A stretch of DNA of 64,000 nucleotides from Bacteroidales bacterium (GTDB lineage: Bacteria; Bacteroidota; Bacteroidia; Bacteroidales; UBA1715), in assembly GCA_036752345.1 (NCBI GenBank), contig DAIOSV010000001.1, positions 44,884-108,883 of the forward strand, read 5' to 3'. Each line of letters starts with the position of its first letter. Positions within the stretch are counted from its first letter, which is position 1. The notes under the pieces are model-generated. The model was not told the DNA's origin and made no database searches. It was given only the letters and a program-made list of their open reading frames with translations. Made by a program: the position numbers and the translations under genes. Shown one piece after another: positions 19,034 through 28,097 of the stretch.

Positions 19034-20593
19034 TTACAATGGCATATTAGAGTGTTTTTTCATTGGATTAGTCAACCGTTTTGTTTGGAGCATTTCAAAC
19101 GCGCGGATTATTCTAAAACGAGTTTCGTGAGGGAGAATAACGTCGTCAATGTAGCCACGAGTAGCTGCTTGGTGTGGGCTTGCAAATTTTGACTCGTATT
19201 CGTTGATTTTTTCAGCTTTAAATTGTTTGCGTTCTTCGTCGTTCTCGATTGCTTTCATGGCTTTGCCTTGAAGAATTTCAATAGCTCCGGCAGCTCCCAT
19301 AACGGCAATTTCAGCATTTGGCCACGCGTAGTTCATATCGCCACGCAATTGTTTACAGCTCATAACAATGTGGGCGCCTCCGTACGATTTACGTACGGTA
19401 ATTGTAACTTTTGGTACGGTAGCTTCTCCGTATGCAAAAAGTAATTTAGCTCCGTGGTCAATAATTCCGGCATATTCCTGGCCTGTTCCACAAAGGAATC
19501 CGGGAACGTCAACCAATGAAAGAATTGGAATATTAAAGGCATCACAAAAACGAATAAATCGCGCAGCCTTACGAGAAGCGTTGCAATCAAGTACGCCGGC
19601 CATATAATTCGGTTGATTTGCTATAATTCCTGTTGAACGTCCATTAAAATGACCAAAACCACAAATGATGTTTTTTGCAAAGTCTTTTTGAATTTCAAAA
19701 AACTCAGAATCATCAACGATTGAGCTGATGATGTCTTTCATGTTGTATGGTTTGTTTGGGTCGTCGGGAAGGATTGTGTCTAAGTTGTAGTCCTCTCTAT
19801 TGTACGCATCGCTTGTCTCTCTTTGGGGAGCATCCTCCATATTGTTTTGAGGAATAAATGACAACAACTGACGCACGGTTTCGAGTCCTTCTTCTTCGGT
19901 AGCTGCCGTAAGGTGGCACACGCCTGATTTGGTTGAATGTACGTGAGCACCACCAAGTTGATCGTCGGTAACGTCCTCGCCGGTCACGGTTTTTACAACT
20001 TTCGGTCCGGTAATGTACATACAACTGTTTTGCTCTGTCATTACAATGAAATCGGTGAGGGCAGGAGAGTAAACGGCACCTCCGGCGCACAATCCGTATA
20101 TGAGCGAAATTTGAGGAATTACACCTGATGCAAGTATATTGCGTTCGAAGATTTCTCCGAATCCGGCTAAAGCGCATGCGCCTTCCTGAATACGGGCACC
20201 TCCTGAGTCGTTTATGCCAATAACGGGAGCTCCCAACTTCATTGCCATGTCCATTACTTTGCAGATTTTTTGTGACATGGTTTCAGAAAGAGTTCCTGCT
20301 ATTACCGTAAAATCTTGTGAATAAATAAATACAAGTCTTCCGTTGATTGTACCACTTCCAACAACAACACCATCGCCGTAGAACACTTTTTTCTCCATAC
20401 CGAAATCGGTACAGCGATGAGTAACAAACATATCTATTTCTTCGAAACTGCCTTTGTCGAGCAGCATTTCAATACGTTCGCGTGCTGTGTATTTCCCTTT
20501 GCTATGTTGATTGTCAATTGCTTTTTGCCCACCGGCGTTATATGCTTCCTCACGCATTGCGAGGAAATTTTCAGTTTTTTCTTGATTATTCAT
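19034..20593 (-). CDS. Acyl-CoA carboxyltransferase (methylmalonyl-CoA decarboxylase alpha / propionyl-CoA carboxylase beta family)
   Basis: 519 aa. Two crotonase-like carboxyltransferase halves: GKYTARERIE.LLD.GSF.E; GINDSGGARIQEG; PQISLI.G.CAGGAVYSPA; AAR.FIRFCDAFNIP...VDVPGF. Confidence 0.92.
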   Translation of the reverse strand: MNNQEKTENFLAMREEAYNAGGQKAIDNQHSKGKYTARERIEMLLDKGSFEEIDMFVTHRCTDFGMEKKVFYGDGVVVGSGTINGRLVFIYSQDFTVIAGTLSETMSQKICKVMDMAMKLGAPVIGINDSGGARIQEGACALAGFGEIFERNILASGVIPQISLIYGLCAGGAVYSPALTDFIVMTEQNSCMYITGPKVVKTVTGEDVTDDQLGGAHVHSTKSGVCHLTAATEEEGLETVRQLLSFIPQNNMEDAPQRETSDAYNREDYNLDTILPDDPNKPYNMKDIISSIVDDSEFFEIQKDFAKNIICGFGHFNGRSTGIIANQPNYMAGVLDCNASRKAARFIRFCDAFNIPILSLVDVPGFLCGTGQEYAGIIDHGAKLLFAYGEATVPKVTITVRKSYGGAHIVMSCKQLRGDMNYAWPNAEIAVMGAAGAIEILQGKAMKAIENDEERKQFKAEKINEYESKFASPHQAATRGYIDDVILPHETRFRIIRAFEMLQTKRLTNPMKKHSNMPL

Positions 20594-20758
20594 ACTTGCA
20601 TATTTGCTTAACTAGAAATTCAAATAGTAAGTTGTATTTCTATCTTTTTATCGTTAGCAAAAATAGGAATTTTACTTAATTCTATGTTTGTTTTTATTTG
20701 ATTTTGTGGCTTTACTAAAAAATATGTATATGAGGTCGGGATTTTATAGGAAAAAATG

Positions 20759-20766
20759 TATTTTTG
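20759..20766 (+). promoter_or_regulatory. Candidate -7 promoter box for the alpha-oxoamine synthase gene
   Basis: TATTTTTG (matches TAnnTTTG) 31 nt upstream of the ATG at 20798. A mirror-image box for the divergent carboxyltransferase operon (CAAAAATA, 20658-20665) is also present. Confidence 0.4.
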
Positions 20767-20797
20767 CTGAAGTACTCATTAATAAATATAATATCAG

Positions 20798-22057
20798 ATG
20801 GATATATTTGAAAGAATAAAAGAATCAACAGGCGGTCCTATAGGACAGTATAGAGAAAAAGTTGAAGGCTATTATTCGTTTCCAAAATTGGAAGGCGAGA
20901 TTGGTCCTCATATGAAATTTCAAGGTAACGATGTATTATGTTGGAGTTTAAATAACTATTTAGGTTTAGCAAATCACCCAGAAATTAGAAAAGTTGACGG
21001 CGAAGCTGCACAACGTTGGGGGATGGCTTATCCAATGGGTAGCCGTATGTTGACCGGAAATACTTCATTACATGAAAAATTGGAACGTGAATTAGCTGAT
21101 TTTGAAAAGAAAGAAGCAGCTTTCTTGTTCAACTTTGGATATCAAGGTATTGTTTCTACTATTGATTCTCTCATGACTCGTCATGATGTGATTGTGTTCG
21201 ATGCAGAGTGCCATGCATGTTTAATGGATGGTAAACGTTTACATACGGGAAAATCATTTTCATATAAACATAACGATATCGTTAGCTGTGAGCAAAAATT
21301 GAAAGTTGCTACTCAGTTAGCAGAAGAACAAGGTGGTGGCGTTCTACTTATTACCGAAGGTGTATATGGAATGACCGGAGCTCTTGGTATTTTGGATCAA
21401 ATAGTTGCTCTTAAAAAGAAATATAACTTTAGATTCATGATTGATGATGCTCATGGTTTCGGTGTTATGGGTCCTAATGGACGCGGAACTTCTGAACATT
21501 TCAATGTAATGGATGGCGTTGATATTTATATTGGTGCGTACGCAAAATCAATGGCTACTATTGGTGGTTTCGTTGCTTCTGAAAAAGTGGTAATTGATTT
21601 CTTACGCTACAATATGCGTTCTCAAATATACGCAAAAGCATTGCCAATGCCGGTAGTTGAAGGCTGTTTGAAACGTTTGGAAATTATTCGTAGTGCCGAA
21701 GGTGATGAACTTCGCAAAAAATTGTGGGTTGTGACTCGTCGTTTACAAAAAGGATTCAGAGATCTTGGTTTCGAAATCGGTCCTTCTGAAGCATGCGTTA
21801 CGCCAATTCACATTATGGGCGGACCTATTGAAGCCGTTAATATGGCGTATGATTTGCGTGAAAACTACAAGATATTCTGCTCAATTGTTGTATATCCTGT
21901 AATTCCTCCGGGAATGATTATTTTCCGTATCATTTCAACTGCTTCTCACTCTATTGAAGATGTAGATTATACATTGAATACTTTCAAAGAAATTAGAAAG
22001 AAATTGCAAGAAGGTGTGTATGATACCAAAGAAATGAAAGACGTTACTGTAAAATAA
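20798..22057 (+). CDS. PLP-dependent alpha-oxoamine synthase (serine palmitoyltransferase / KBL / AONS family)
   Basis: 419 aa. NNYLGL..HP, DDAHGFGVMG, the PLP-lysine region GAYAKSMATIGG, and overall class-II aminotransferase fold features. Substrate not assignable from sequence by eye. Confidence 0.85.
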   Translation: MDIFERIKESTGGPIGQYREKVEGYYSFPKLEGEIGPHMKFQGNDVLCWSLNNYLGLANHPEIRKVDGEAAQRWGMAYPMGSRMLTGNTSLHEKLERELADFEKKEAAFLFNFGYQGIVSTIDSLMTRHDVIVFDAECHACLMDGKRLHTGKSFSYKHNDIVSCEQKLKVATQLAEEQGGGVLLITEGVYGMTGALGILDQIVALKKKYNFRFMIDDAHGFGVMGPNGRGTSEHFNVMDGVDIYIGAYAKSMATIGGFVASEKVVIDFLRYNMRSQIYAKALPMPVVEGCLKRLEIIRSAEGDELRKKLWVVTRRLQKGFRDLGFEIGPSEACVTPIHIMGGPIEAVNMAYDLRENYKIFCSIVVYPVIPPGMIIFRIISTASHSIEDVDYTLNTFKEIRKKLQEGVYDTKEMKDVTVK

Positions 22058-22078
22058 TAGGTATAGTTATATAAAGGA

Positions 22079-22108
22079 AAAGGAAATCCTTGTGGTTTCC
22101 TTTTTTTT
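22079..22108 (+). terminator. Intrinsic terminator after the alpha-oxoamine synthase gene
   Basis: AGGAAATC...GGTTTCCT stem (22081-22101) followed by eight T. It lies inside the GTG-extended track ORF 22092.., which argues for the ATG at 22119. Confidence 0.7.
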
Positions 22109-22118
22109 ATTCTCTTCT

Positions 22119-22838
22119 ATGAAAAAATTTTGTCTTTATATTGTTTGTTCGTTGTTTGTCTCAATTTCTTTTGGGCAGACTCGGGTGGATTATAGAGATG
22201 CCAACTATTTGTCGTGCGACAGTGCTTCTGCAAAGTATATATTTCAAACAGGTCGCAATGACATTGACGGTCGCTGGGTTCAGAATATTTATACACCAGA
22301 AATGCGCTTGCTCAGTAAAACGAGCTATAAAGATTCTACATTGGATATCATAGAGGGCTGTCGTACCATGTATCATTATAATGGCGTTGTTAAAACTCGT
22401 GCATGCTATGTTGACGGCATTCTTGACGGAGAAGTGCTTTGTATGTATTCTAATGGAATAACACGCAGAAATGATATCTATCAATATGGGAATTTGGTAG
22501 AAGGAGCGTGTTACGCATCAAACGGAATGAAAATTACGTATTTCGATTTTGAGAAACCTGCACGCTATGTTGGAGGTATTCCTGCACTATATACGGCTAT
22601 TTCTGTCAATTCACAGTCAATAAAAATTCCTGAAACAGACAAAATTACCGGAAATGTGAAAGCTATTTTATACATCAACGCCGAAGGTTCAATTGTTGAT
22701 GTGCGTATTGTTCAGGGTTTACATCCTTTGTATGATGCCGAAGTAATACGAATTTGCAAGCATTTAGGAAAATTTGATCCGGCCGAACTTGATGGAGAAC
22801 CCGTTAATTCAACCTTCCCGTTACTTATTTCCTTTTAG
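22119..22838 (+). CDS. Secreted protein with MORN-like repeats and a TonB C-terminal-like domain
   Basis: Start moved to the ATG at 22119 (MKKFCLYIVCSLFVSISFGQ signal). YHYNGVVKTRACYVDGILDGEVLCMYSNG repeats. The C-terminus (GGIPALYTAI...GNVKAILYINAEGSIVDVRIVQGLHPLYDAEVIRI...F.PAELDGEPV) resembles the TonB/TolA C-terminal fold. Confidence 0.65.
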   Translation: MKKFCLYIVCSLFVSISFGQTRVDYRDANYLSCDSASAKYIFQTGRNDIDGRWVQNIYTPEMRLLSKTSYKDSTLDIIEGCRTMYHYNGVVKTRACYVDGILDGEVLCMYSNGITRRNDIYQYGNLVEGACYASNGMKITYFDFEKPARYVGGIPALYTAISVNSQSIKIPETDKITGNVKAILYINAEGSIVDVRIVQGLHPLYDAEVIRICKHLGKFDPAELDGEPVNSTFPLLISF

Positions 22839-23700
22839 GCTTTCTCCACGGAGTTATTTTTTCATTCCGAGTAATTGCATCTGATGATTTTCGGTACAAT
22901 TCATTTGTTGGTACTTGTTTGTACACTTTTACATAATCAACAAACATAGTGTCGGCATATTCAGCGGAAATAGGAGGCTTGTTCCATCTATTGATTGCCA
23001 AGTTGATAATAATTCGTACCGAATCTGTTATGTTGTGTTGAGAAACTTTATACACTTTTTTCCCGTCAACGTACCATACCATGTCTTTTTCGGTCCATTT
23101 AACACCGTATGTATGCCAATCGGTGTATGAGAAGTTTTTCATCTTTTTCTCTTTGTAATGACTTTTTAGGTCGGGATATTCTGTGTGCAGGTTCATGGTT
23201 ATGACATTCGAAGGTTTATTTCCCAGCATTTCAAAGATGTCTATTTCTCCGGCATTTGATGGCGTATCTGTGTGCTCAAACGTCCAAAAGGCAGGCCAAT
23301 AGAAACTTTTGTAGGGCATCTTCATTCTGCTTTCAATGTATCCAAAGTGTGTGGTATGGTCTATGTTTGTTTCTATCCAACCAGAAGTGCCGGTGTGCCT
23401 TCCTTCTATGCAACTGCCACATGCTCCCGATATTGCTTGAGGTGGGTATTTCGGACAGTCTGCCGAATCCGAATTGACAATGATGTAGAGCAATCCATTG
23501 TTTGTGGTAACATTTTCTTTGAGATAGAGCTGAGGGTCTCCATAGTGGTCGCTATAGTCGGCAATGTTCCATATTGCATGGTTGAGAGAGTCAAACGTAT
23601 CTTCCCAAGCAAGAGTCCAATTTGTTCGTTGAAAAACAGATTGCGCTGTAGAACTGAATACTACAAGCAAGAAAGTAAGAGTGTATGCGAATCGTTTCAT
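22825..23700 (-). CDS. Glycoside hydrolase family 16 (beta-glucanase/laminarinase-like)
   Basis: The catalytic motif GEIDIFEMLG (ExDxxE) sits in a beta-jelly-roll context (WPAFW, W..DG). Start moved to Met14 (ATG 23700; MKRFAYTLTFLLVVFSSTAQS signal) because the longer ORF runs through the korAB terminator. Confidence 0.85.
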   Translation of the reverse strand: MKRFAYTLTFLLVVFSSTAQSVFQRTNWTLAWEDTFDSLNHAIWNIADYSDHYGDPQLYLKENVTTNNGLLYIIVNSDSADCPKYPPQAISGACGSCIEGRHTGTSGWIETNIDHTTHFGYIESRMKMPYKSFYWPAFWTFEHTDTPSNAGEIDIFEMLGNKPSNVITMNLHTEYPDLKSHYKEKKMKNFSYTDWHTYGVKWTEKDMVWYVDGKKVYKVSQHNITDSVRIIINLAINRWNKPPISAEYADTMFVDYVKVYKQVPTNELYRKSSDAITRNEKITPWRKPKRK

Positions 23701-23711
23701 AGTCTGTTTTT

Positions 23712-23755
23712 TAATGAACAAAAAAGGGAATTTTCGCAATGAGAATTCCCTTTTT
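23712..23755 (-). terminator. Intrinsic terminator of the korAB operon
   Basis: 12-bp stem AAAAAGGGAATT / AATTCCCTTTTT (23721-23755), followed on the minus strand by TTTTTTGTT. Confidence 0.75.
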
Positions 23756-23796
23756 GTTTGTATTGGTATGTCTCTCTCTCTTATAGAGACAACTTG

Positions 23797-24798
23797 TTAT
23801 TTAACTTCCCAAGTATCGTTGGTCATAAGCAATTCTTCGAAGTTGTGATATTTCTTTTTGCTTGAAACCTCTTCGATTTGTGCATCAACAGCGTCATTGT
23901 AGGTTGGAGCTTCTACATCACGAATTACACCAAGAGCGATAGGGAAGTCGGGGCCTTCCATAAGTGCTAATTTGAATTGTAATGTATTGTCTTCGCTATG
24001 AGCATCATGAACAAGAATGTCTTTTTCTGTAATGCCATTTTCTCCGATTTTGACAACTTTTAATCCAAAACCTTGTTGCATTAAACCGAATTCGCGGTTT
24101 TTACCGAAAATCATAGGTTCGCCATGTTTTAAATAGATAGCATTTTTTGCTCTATCTTCAGGTTTGTTAACGCTTGCGTATGCTCCATCGTTGAATATAA
24201 CGCAGTTTTGCAAAATTTCGCAAACAGAAGATCCTTTGTGTGCATGAGCTGCTTTTAAAACCTCAATAGTTCCGGCAGCATCAGTTGCTACGGCTCTTGC
24301 AAAGAAATGACCTCTTGCTCCAAAACAAAGTTCTGCTGGGCGGAATGGGTCTTCTACCGTTCCGTATGGAGATGATTTGCTCACAAAGCCACGAGGAGAT
24401 GTTGGAGAATATTGTCCTTTGGTCAGACCATAGATTCTATTGTTTAAAAGAATCATGTTGATGTCGATGTTACGACGGTTAGCATGAATAAAGTGGTTAC
24501 CACCAATAGCTAAACCATCACCATCACCAGAGATTTGCCAAACAGAAAGTTTTGGATTTGCAACTTTACATCCGGTAGCAATTGCAGCAGCACGGCCGTG
24601 AATAGTATTCATGCCATATGTTGCCATATAGTGAGGTAAACGGCTAGAGCAACCAATACCTGATATTACAGAGGTATCTTGTGGTGCAACGCCTATTTCT
24701 GCCATGGCTTTTTGAAGTGAAGCCAAAAAGAAGTGGTCTCCACATCCCGGACACCAACGTGGTTGTCCTTTCTTAAAATCTTTTGCTGTATATTCCAT
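23797..24798 (-). CDS. korB: 2-oxoglutarate (2-oxoacid):ferredoxin oxidoreductase beta subunit
   Basis: 333 aa. WCPGCGDH, TPP-binding GDGDGLAIGGNHF...NN.IYGLTKGQ. Confidence 0.92.
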   Translation of the reverse strand: MEYTAKDFKKGQPRWCPGCGDHFFLASLQKAMAEIGVAPQDTSVISGIGCSSRLPHYMATYGMNTIHGRAAAIATGCKVANPKLSVWQISGDGDGLAIGGNHFIHANRRNIDINMILLNNRIYGLTKGQYSPTSPRGFVSKSSPYGTVEDPFRPAELCFGARGHFFARAVATDAAGTIEVLKAAHAHKGSSVCEILQNCVIFNDGAYASVNKPEDRAKNAIYLKHGEPMIFGKNREFGLMQQGFGLKVVKIGENGITEKDILVHDAHSEDNTLQFKLALMEGPDFPIALGVIRDVEAPTYNDAVDAQIEEVSSKKKYHNFEELLMTNDTWEVK

Positions 24799-24815
24799 GA
24801 TAATTTTCTCCTTTT

Positions 24816-26663
24816 TTATTTGTTATAAATGTTGTTGAACGCTTCAACCAATTCGTTTACTACAAATGGTTGCCCTTTTACTTCGTTGAATTGGTATGGA
24901 ACGAAGTTGTCAACTTTCATGCGTAACCAACCTGCAAATTGACCAAGGTTTTGTTCTGCAACTACAACTTTCTTGTATTTCTTTAGAACTGCTTCGGTGT
25001 TTTTTGGAAGTGGGTTGATGTATTTAAAATGAGCCAAGGCTACTTTTCTGCCAGCAGCTTTCATTTCGTTCATTGCTGCATGAAGGTGTCCGTATGTTCC
25101 GCCAAAACCAACTATAAGTAATTCGGCAGTATCAACATCACCTAAAACTTCAACGTCTGGAACTTCAATCTTATTGATTTTTTCTTGACGAAGACGAGTC
25201 ATAAGGTTGTGGTTTTCAGGATTCGTAGAAATAGCACCGGTTTTGTTGTCTTTTTCAAGACCACCCAAAATATGTGTAAATCCTTCTGTTCCAGGGATTG
25301 CCCAATAGCGAGAACCTTCAGCATTTCTTTGATATGGAGTCCAAGTTCCTTTCATATCAGAAGTAACGAATGGAGGTTTAATTTCAGGAAATTCAGCCAT
25401 TTTTGGTAATTTCCAAGCTGAAGAACCGTTTGCTACGTATGCGTCTGTCATAAGAACGACTGGAGTCATGTGTTCCAATGCAATTTTTGATGCCATGTAA
25501 GCAGCGTCAAAACAATCAGTTGGCGATGTGGCAGCAATTACCGGCATAGGTGATTCGCCATTTCTTCCGAATAATACTTGCAACAAGTCGGTTTGCTCTG
25601 ACTTTGTAGGAAGTCCGGTAGCCGGTCCTCCACGTTGTACGTCAATTACAACAAGTGGCAATTCCATGATTACCGCAAGGTTCATTGCTTCTGATTTCAA
25701 GCAAATACCAGGACCTGATGTGGAAGTACAAGCTAAAGCACCTGCAAAAGACGCTCCAACAGCTGAAGAACAGCCAGCAATTTCGTCTTCGCATTGAACT
25801 GTTTTAACACCCAATGATTTGTGTTTTGACAATTCATGTAAAATATCGGTAGCTGGAGTAATAGGGTATGAGCCGAGATATAGTTGTAATCCTGCTTTTT
25901 CTGCAGCAGCAATAAGACCATATGAGGTAGCTTTGTTACCCGTAATGTCCATGTAGCGACCGTTTATCTTATTTTTAGTCTCAATTCTGTAGACATTTGC
26001 AACAGAACTGTGGGTATTGTGACCAAAATCGTAGCCTGCTTGAAGCACTTTGATGTTAGCATCAGCAATTTCCGGTTTTTTGGCAAATTTTTCTTGTAAG
26101 TAATTGATAGCAATGTTTAAATCACGGTCAAACAACCAACAAACTAAACCAAGGGCAAACATATTTCTACATTTGAGCATTGATTTAAAGTCCATACCGC
26201 TATCTTTCAAAGCATCTTTTACCATTGTGGTCAAAGGACACGCAATTACTTGGTCAGGGTCAATTCCCATTTCACCAAGATAATCTTCAGTAGCGAATTC
26301 TGCTTTCTTTAAATCGCTTTCTTGGTAACTATCAGTGTCAATAATAATTGCAGCACCTTTTTTAGCATATTTATATTGCGTTTTAAGTGCAGCAGCATTC
26401 ATTGCTACAAGTACGTCGCACTTGTCTCCCGGAGTATATACTTTATCTGCTCCAATGTGAACTTGGAAGCCAGATACACCTGTTAAAGAACCCTGCGGAG
26501 CACGAATGTCAGCCGGATAATCAGGAAACGTACTAATACTATTTCCGACAGTGGCAGAAACGGTAGAGAATATGTTTCCTGCTAACTGCATTCCGTCGCC
26601 GGAATCACCCGAAAAACGTACGATAATGTCGTTTACTTCGGTTATCTTTTTTGAATCACTCAT
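24816..26663 (-). CDS. korA: 2-oxoglutarate (2-oxoacid):ferredoxin oxidoreductase alpha subunit (fused gamma-alpha type)
   Basis: 615 aa. The N-terminal gamma-like domain (GDSGDGMQLAG) is followed by alpha domains (GSYPITPATDI, SGPG). It lies 17 nt upstream of korB. Confidence 0.92.
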   Translation of the reverse strand: MSDSKKITEVNDIIVRFSGDSGDGMQLAGNIFSTVSATVGNSISTFPDYPADIRAPQGSLTGVSGFQVHIGADKVYTPGDKCDVLVAMNAAALKTQYKYAKKGAAIIIDTDSYQESDLKKAEFATEDYLGEMGIDPDQVIACPLTTMVKDALKDSGMDFKSMLKCRNMFALGLVCWLFDRDLNIAINYLQEKFAKKPEIADANIKVLQAGYDFGHNTHSSVANVYRIETKNKINGRYMDITGNKATSYGLIAAAEKAGLQLYLGSYPITPATDILHELSKHKSLGVKTVQCEDEIAGCSSAVGASFAGALACTSTSGPGICLKSEAMNLAVIMELPLVVIDVQRGGPATGLPTKSEQTDLLQVLFGRNGESPMPVIAATSPTDCFDAAYMASKIALEHMTPVVLMTDAYVANGSSAWKLPKMAEFPEIKPPFVTSDMKGTWTPYQRNAEGSRYWAIPGTEGFTHILGGLEKDNKTGAISTNPENHNLMTRLRQEKINKIEVPDVEVLGDVDTAELLIVGFGGTYGHLHAAMNEMKAAGRKVALAHFKYINPLPKNTEAVLKKYKKVVVAEQNLGQFAGWLRMKVDNFVPYQFNEVKGQPFVVNELVEAFNNIYNK

Positions 26664-26689
26664 TATAGGAATAAATTTTGTTAGTCATG

Positions 26690-26697
26690 CAAAAGTA
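26690..26697 (-). promoter_or_regulatory. Candidate -7 promoter box for korAB
   Basis: The minus strand reads TACTTTTG (matches TAnnTTTG) 26 nt upstream of the korA ATG (26663). Confidence 0.45.
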
Positions 26698-26955
26698 CAA
26701 GTTTTTTCAAAAAAGCAAATTCAAACGAGAGCAAATACAAAAAATTACGATTTACCACAATTTTCACTACGTGTTTTGCGTACTAAAAATAGAAAAATGA
26801 GTTGTGATAAACGAGGTTTTATGGGGGAGAACAAGGTTGCAATGTGTATATTTTACACAGTTCTAGGTACTGTGGATGTGGAAAAATTCCTTGTTAAAAA
26901 CTTGACTTTGCATTTTTATTGTTGTAGCTTTATAAAGCTTTAAATATATTATACT

Positions 26956-27120
26956 ATGTTGGAATATAGTTATAAAATATTATCGAAAGTTAGTTTTGAC
27001 AAAGACTTGTTCCGCAAGGAACTAAAGAAATGTTTGAGCTATTTAGCACAAAAAGATGCTCAAAAATTGCAAGAGTGGGTCAATGCAAATTACAAAGCAT
27101 TACTTATCTCTTCTAAGTAA
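26956..27120 (+). CDS. Small protein (54 aa), not in the ORF track
   Basis: MLEYSYKILSKVSFDKDLFRKELKKCLSYLAQKDAQKLQEWVNANYKALLISSK*. ATG start, helical heptad-like pattern. From memory, similar KVSFD..LF.KEL.K small ORFs occur in other Bacteroidota. Confidence 0.45.
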   Translation: MLEYSYKILSKVSFDKDLFRKELKKCLSYLAQKDAQKLQEWVNANYKALLISSK

Positions 27121-27136
27121 TTTATATTACTATCGG

Positions 27137-27964
27137 TTATTTAAACCGTTTAAGCTCGTACGGAGTAAATGTCCATTGTGGAAACGCGATGGACATTTCT
27201 GTTTCATTAACAATGTACCACGGCGATATTTCCGGATCATTTAAATTGTTGACAATCTCTATTTCTTGTGCAGGTACAAAACTTTGTGCACAAATAATTG
27301 CCTTTTGTTTTGTCTTAGAATTCGTTGCTACATCCACAACTATCATTGCATGGCCTGGGTTTCCCACACGAATAAACACATCACCCGGTTCTATTTGACT
27401 GTAGGGGATTGCTGTCATTTCTTTTGATAATGAAGCCGTTCCGGCATACATGAAAATTTTGTCTAGATATTTGCGAAATGTGATGTAGGAATAATCTCGT
27501 TCGGCTTTCTTTTCCCATGTGGTTTTATTTCCCCGAATTTTAATTCGGTATCCTTCTGCCCATTTTACGTACTCCATTTGGGTATCGTTGGTAAAGTTGA
27601 AGTGAATGTCGGAATACCGTTTTTGTTTCCACAAATACTCTGCACGTAAACGAATTATGGCATCGGCGCATTGTTGCAGGTCGATGTTTCCAATCTCCAT
27701 ATTAACGACGGCAAAAGTGCAATTCTGGTCTGTTTTTAACGAATTATCAAAAAGATGAACTTTGGCTCCTTGAGGTTTGAGTGGCAACGAGCGTAGATAC
27801 TGCGTAAAAGAATTTGTCTCGCAAGTTTCTCGTGAAAAACCGCTTGGCGGTAAAATGCGCGTTTCAACCGTAGTACCTTGAGAGTCAATACCGGATTGGT
27901 CTGCACTCGCACAAAATACAAGTAACGCAATAATTCCAAATATGATGAATAGTTTATTTTTCAT
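27137..27964 (-). CDS. Secreted/lipoprotein of unknown function (resembles DUF4846-type proteins, from memory)
   Basis: 275 aa with signal MKNKLFIIFGIIALLVFCASA. Conserved-looking blocks FTQYLRSLPLKP.G, DLQQCADAIIRLRAEYLW, GDVFIRVGNPGHAMIVVD. Confidence 0.6.
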   Translation of the reverse strand: MKNKLFIIFGIIALLVFCASADQSGIDSQGTTVETRILPPSGFSRETCETNSFTQYLRSLPLKPQGAKVHLFDNSLKTDQNCTFAVVNMEIGNIDLQQCADAIIRLRAEYLWKQKRYSDIHFNFTNDTQMEYVKWAEGYRIKIRGNKTTWEKKAERDYSYITFRKYLDKIFMYAGTASLSKEMTAIPYSQIEPGDVFIRVGNPGHAMIVVDVATNSKTKQKAIICAQSFVPAQEIEIVNNLNDPEISPWYIVNETEMSIAFPQWTFTPYELKRFK

Positions 27965-28097
27965 GCAGAAAATCTTTATAAATACAAATGTATAAAAGTT
28001 TTTTGGTTTCTTTTATGTAAGAAAGAAGCCGAATGTGAAAAACGTCATGCGTGTATGTATTTTTTATATTTTTGCTTTGTGTGTAAGAAATATAAAT

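Noticed and set aside
26843-26859. CRP-like palindrome TGTGTA-N5-TACACA upstream of korA and the 54-aa ORF
   Set aside because: It is only a 6-bp AT-rich inverted repeat, present once. The spacing differs from the TGTGA-N6-TCACA CRP site. It is about 180 nt from korA. Linking it to the cyclase 29 kb away would be speculation.
26551-26943. 130-aa + strand ORF spanning the korA start and upstream spacer
   Set aside because: It is antisense to the korA 5' end and then runs through AT-rich promoter DNA. Its composition is implausible.
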